The notes under the pieces were generated by a model. The model ran no database searches, was not told the origin of the DNA, and saw only the letters and a program-made list of their open reading frames with translations. From contig OZ245025.1 in the NCBI GenBank assembly GCA_965223465.1, positions 295,009 to 359,008 on the forward strand: a stretch of 64,000 bases of DNA. The letters run 5' to 3'. A program made the translations under genes and the position numbers. Positions 62,201-64,000 of the stretch are shown piece by piece (within the stretch, counting starts at the first letter, position 1; every line of letters starts with the position of its first letter). This DNA comes from Candidatus Poriferihabitaceae bacterium. Lineage in GTDB: Bacteria; Pseudomonadota; Gammaproteobacteria; Arenicellales; Poriferihabitantaceae.

Positions 62201-62791
62201 GCTGGAATGATCGTTGATTTGCGCGTGATCAATACGCGTCGTGGCAATAAAATGGCTTTTGTAAGTCTCGACGATGGTAGTTCGCGAGTGGAAGTGAGCA
62301 TATTTTCTGAACTATATGAGTTGTGCAACGATTTGCTACAGAAAGACAAAATCTTAATCGTAACGGGCGAAATGAAGCGCAAGGATAACGGTCAGACGGT
62401 TGAGGTAATTGCGCAGAGTGCTTCAGATATAGCGTCTTTAAGGAAAGAGAAATTGCGTGCGATCCGTATCGTGGCCCGCGCCAAAACCTTAAATCAGCAA
62501 TCGATTGGTGAGCTTAAACAGCTTTTGTCAGAGCATGCTGGAGGATCTACACAGCTGGAAATCTCTTATCATCGTGATAACGGTGTGCAGGGTACGCTGC
62601 AACTCGGCGCAGATTGGCAAATTATGCTGAGCGATGAGTTTCTTGATAGGCTCAACGAAGTACTGGAAGGAGCAGAACTACAATATATTTATGACGAGAC
62701 CGAAATTAGAAGTGGATTAACTCACCAAGCACCATTACCGAAATTCAACTACAAACATACCAATACGAATAATTCGCGCGTGGCGGTATAA
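59258..62791 (+). CDS. dnaE: DNA polymerase III alpha subunit
   Basis: Starts MTGFVHLHLHTEFSL (ATGA overlap with rnhB); GPGRGSGAGS, PDFDIDF, KFDFLGL and YGFNKSH motifs. Confidence 0.97.
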   Translation: MTGFVHLHLHTEFSLSDSTVRIDQLVAKASADNMRALAITDVSNVYGVVKFYKACLGAGIKPLIGTEVWIESPVDENAQDNFILLAMDNHGYVQLSKLLTQAILHNKHLGKPIIKQSNLADNCSRLLALSHSAEGDLYTQIMSAEQVAANTAITHYKTLFKDRLYFEISRVGRTEEVIYQRQVVSLAAAHHIPVVAVNRVQFSEAEDFTAHEVRVCIHDGRQLGDPRRAKKYTDAQYFKSQEEMSTLFADIPEAIENSLHIARRCNVFFKFGTDYLPAFPGSDNKSAEQVLAENAKAGLTERLEHIVDSGFNESDYRARLKLELDVINQMGFPGYFLIVADFIQWSRKNGVPVGPGRGSGAGSVVAWSLKITDLDPLQYGLLFERFLNPERVSMPDFDIDFCMEGRDRVIEYVAECYGREQVAQIITFGTMAAKAVIRDVGRVLGHGYGYVDSIAKLIPFEVGMTLDKAFKQEKELQIRYEEDEEAAELIDMAKRLEGLSRNVGKHAGGVVIAPSDLTDFTALYAESEQAQAVTQLDKDDLESIGLVKFDFLGLRTLTVIDWAVALVNKLNQKLGRNEISLPEQAFVDEKTFELIKKGQTIAVFQLESSGMRDLIVRLQPDSFEDLIALVALYRPGPLDSGMVDSYVKRKHGKESIEFPHPATADILSETNGVILYQEQVMQIAQVLAGYSLGAADLLRRAMGKKKPAEMAKQRSIFVAGAQRNEIDKQTAEYIFDMMETFAGYGFNKSHSAAYALLSFQTAWLKAHYPAAYLAATMSADMDHTDKLVGLIADAREMGLAIEIPDINRCLYKFEPIDDHTVMYGLGAVKGLGEAAIEVILQERDNNGDFEDIHDFCKRVASRKVNKRAVEALVKAGGFDALEPNRAQVLSNLPRAMEIAEQNSHNQSAGQGDLFGLSDANVAHTQRKVSPWNELRRLSEEREALGLYLSGHPFDYYKKELETISDLHRCERLDQPLSNAIIAGMIVDLRVINTRRGNKMAFVSLDDGSSRVEVSIFSELYELCNDLLQKDKILIVTGEMKRKDNGQTVEVIAQSASDIASLRKEKLRAIRIVARAKTLNQQSIGELKQLLSEHAGGSTQLEISYHRDNGVQGTLQLGADWQIMLSDEFLDRLNEVLEGAELQYIYDETEIRSGLTHQAPLPKFNYKHTNTNNSRVAV

Positions 62792-62877
62792 ATATATTTA
62801 TTTAAATGGGTAATTTATTCGGCTCGTTGCTTATCTTTTCTTCGCAAAGCTAAGTGGTTTGGCAGTGGTGAGGGAAA

Positions 62878-63294
62878 TTATGACGCTTTACCTTCAGTAT
62901 TCTTTTTATTAGCCGCTGCTTTTTGAGCAAGCGCATCGACTTGTTCCTTTTTTAGGCTCTCGCCTTCAAAGCTACAATCTTTATCGATGGTTAGATGGTT
63001 AGAGATAACCTTTCCGCGCAAAGTACCGCCCGCCTGAATCTGGACATGCTCACAATCAGCTGTACCGTGAAACAAGCCCGTAATCGTTAGCTTGTTTGCA
63101 ACGACATCCCCATCAATCTTCCCAGTACGACCTATGGTAACCGCACCCCTAGCATGTACGATACCTTCGTGATCCCCATCAATGTGTAGCGTACAATCAG
63201 TATTTATTGTACCTCTGATTTTGGTATTACTTGAGATAATTGTAGAGTTGGTGGTGATATTTGTTTGTTGATCAGGCTTATTAAAGATTGCCAT
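62878..63294 (-). CDS. Bactofilin (polymer-forming cytoskeletal protein, CcmA-like)
   Basis: TIIS..T.I.G, LHIDG and V.IG..G.I.G beta-helix repeats. Confidence 0.9.
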   Translation of the reverse strand: MAIFNKPDQQTNITTNSTIISSNTKIRGTINTDCTLHIDGDHEGIVHARGAVTIGRTGKIDGDVVANKLTITGLFHGTADCEHVQIQAGGTLRGKVISNHLTIDKDCSFEGESLKKEQVDALAQKAAANKKNTEGKAS

Positions 63295-64000
63295 TGTATA
63301 CCTCTTACTGTGGTAAAGATTTCCTGTTCGCCGAATTCCCAGTTGAGGAAATGCATCGGGTTATGCGGTTTGTCAAGATAGCGTACTTCATAATGTAAAT
63401 GCGGTCCATCGGTACGACCAGTGTTTCCTGATAAGCCGAGAATATCCCCTTTTTGAACGATATCACCCGACTTGACACTTATCTCAGAGAGATGGGCATA
63501 TCGAGACTCAAAACCAAAGTTATGTACGACAACGACGCGCTTTCCGCTTAATTTGTTTTCTTCGGCAAGCTTGACCACGCCATCTGCGGTTGCGTAAATA
63601 TTTGTACCTACTGCAGCCTTAAGATCAATCCCGTTGTGAAAACTGAATTGTTTGGTCATAGGGTGTCTGCGTTTGCCATAAGGACTGGTGACGCCAATAT
63701 TTCGGGTTGGATAACCATTGGGAATGCTGTCATGTAGAATTTTTTGCTGGTTTATATTTAGGCTCGCCAGTTCTATTCGCTCTTCAACTGTGTCATTGGT
63801 AGGAGAGATCTGACTCGCTTCGGTATCCAAACCAATGCTTCCTTCCAATAGATTGATACGACCGTCTAGCTCATCGTAATCAAGCTCTTTTTCAACCAAA
63901 TAGTCAGTCAATGCGGTCAGTCTGTCCATGATATTGGTGTTAGCCCCAGTCTCCACCCCGCTAATTTGTTCCATTGGGCAATCACTTCGCTCATGCGTTC
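63204..64000 (-). CDS. M23 family metallopeptidase (5' end probably outside the window)
   Basis: H.GID, Y.HL and GPHLHYE motifs after a coiled coil; overlaps the bactofilin start. Confidence 0.88.
   Translation of the reverse strand, partial: THERSDCPMEQISGVETGANTNIMDRLTALTDYLVEKELDYDELDGRINLLEGSIGLDTEASQISPTNDTVEERIELASLNINQQKILHDSIPNGYPTRNIGVTSPYGKRRHPMTKQFSFHNGIDLKAAVGTNIYATADGVVKLAEENKLSGKRVVVVHNFGFESRYAHLSEISVKSGDIVQKGDILGLSGNTGRTDGPHLHYEVRYLDKPHNPMHFLNWEFGEQEIFTTVRGIQWQSLISLINKQISPPTLQLSQVIPKSEVQ

Noticed and set aside
63960-64000. Possible frameshift at the 5' end of the M23 gene (ERMSEVIAQ in a neighbouring frame)
   Set aside because: Only ~26 nt of context before the window edge, and the annotated frame is also open, so it cannot be judged.

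Overview
Chromosomal window of a gammaproteobacterium. Housekeeping flanks: pepP-ygfB, gatCAB, mreBCD-mrdA-rodA-mltB-rlpA-dacA-ybeD-lipB, murU, lptD-surA-ubiK on the left; ffs-dnaX-ybaB-recR-uvrB-rseP-bamA-skp-lpxD-fabZ-lpxA-lpxB-rnhB-dnaE on the right. The comM (YifB) gene is interrupted at a shared TGT (23416-23418 / 44827-44829) by a ~21.4 kb integrative element with perfect 18-bp inverted-repeat ends. The element carries a large serine recombinase, an HTH / RuvC-like / RadC(JAB) / DUF3768 module, a secreted ExeM-like nuclease, a 2,500-aa Sec-signal TcB-TcC-like RHS toxin with an unusual ~320-aa helical insert, and an IS21 copy. The most striking observation is that the att site splits two genes in opposite orientations. 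Joining the flanks restores a 504-aa ComM. Joining the element ends (attP) places an RBS-led start at the left end in frame with an XRE-type HTH gene at the right end, which suggests an excision-dependent genetic switch. The right arm also supplies an in-frame ATG to the orphan ComM C-terminal half. Other notable signals are a duplicated leader with two mutually exclusive hairpins ahead of radC and DUF3768, and a tRNA-Arg with the uncommon UCG anticodon. All family calls come from motif recognition by eye; no searches were run.
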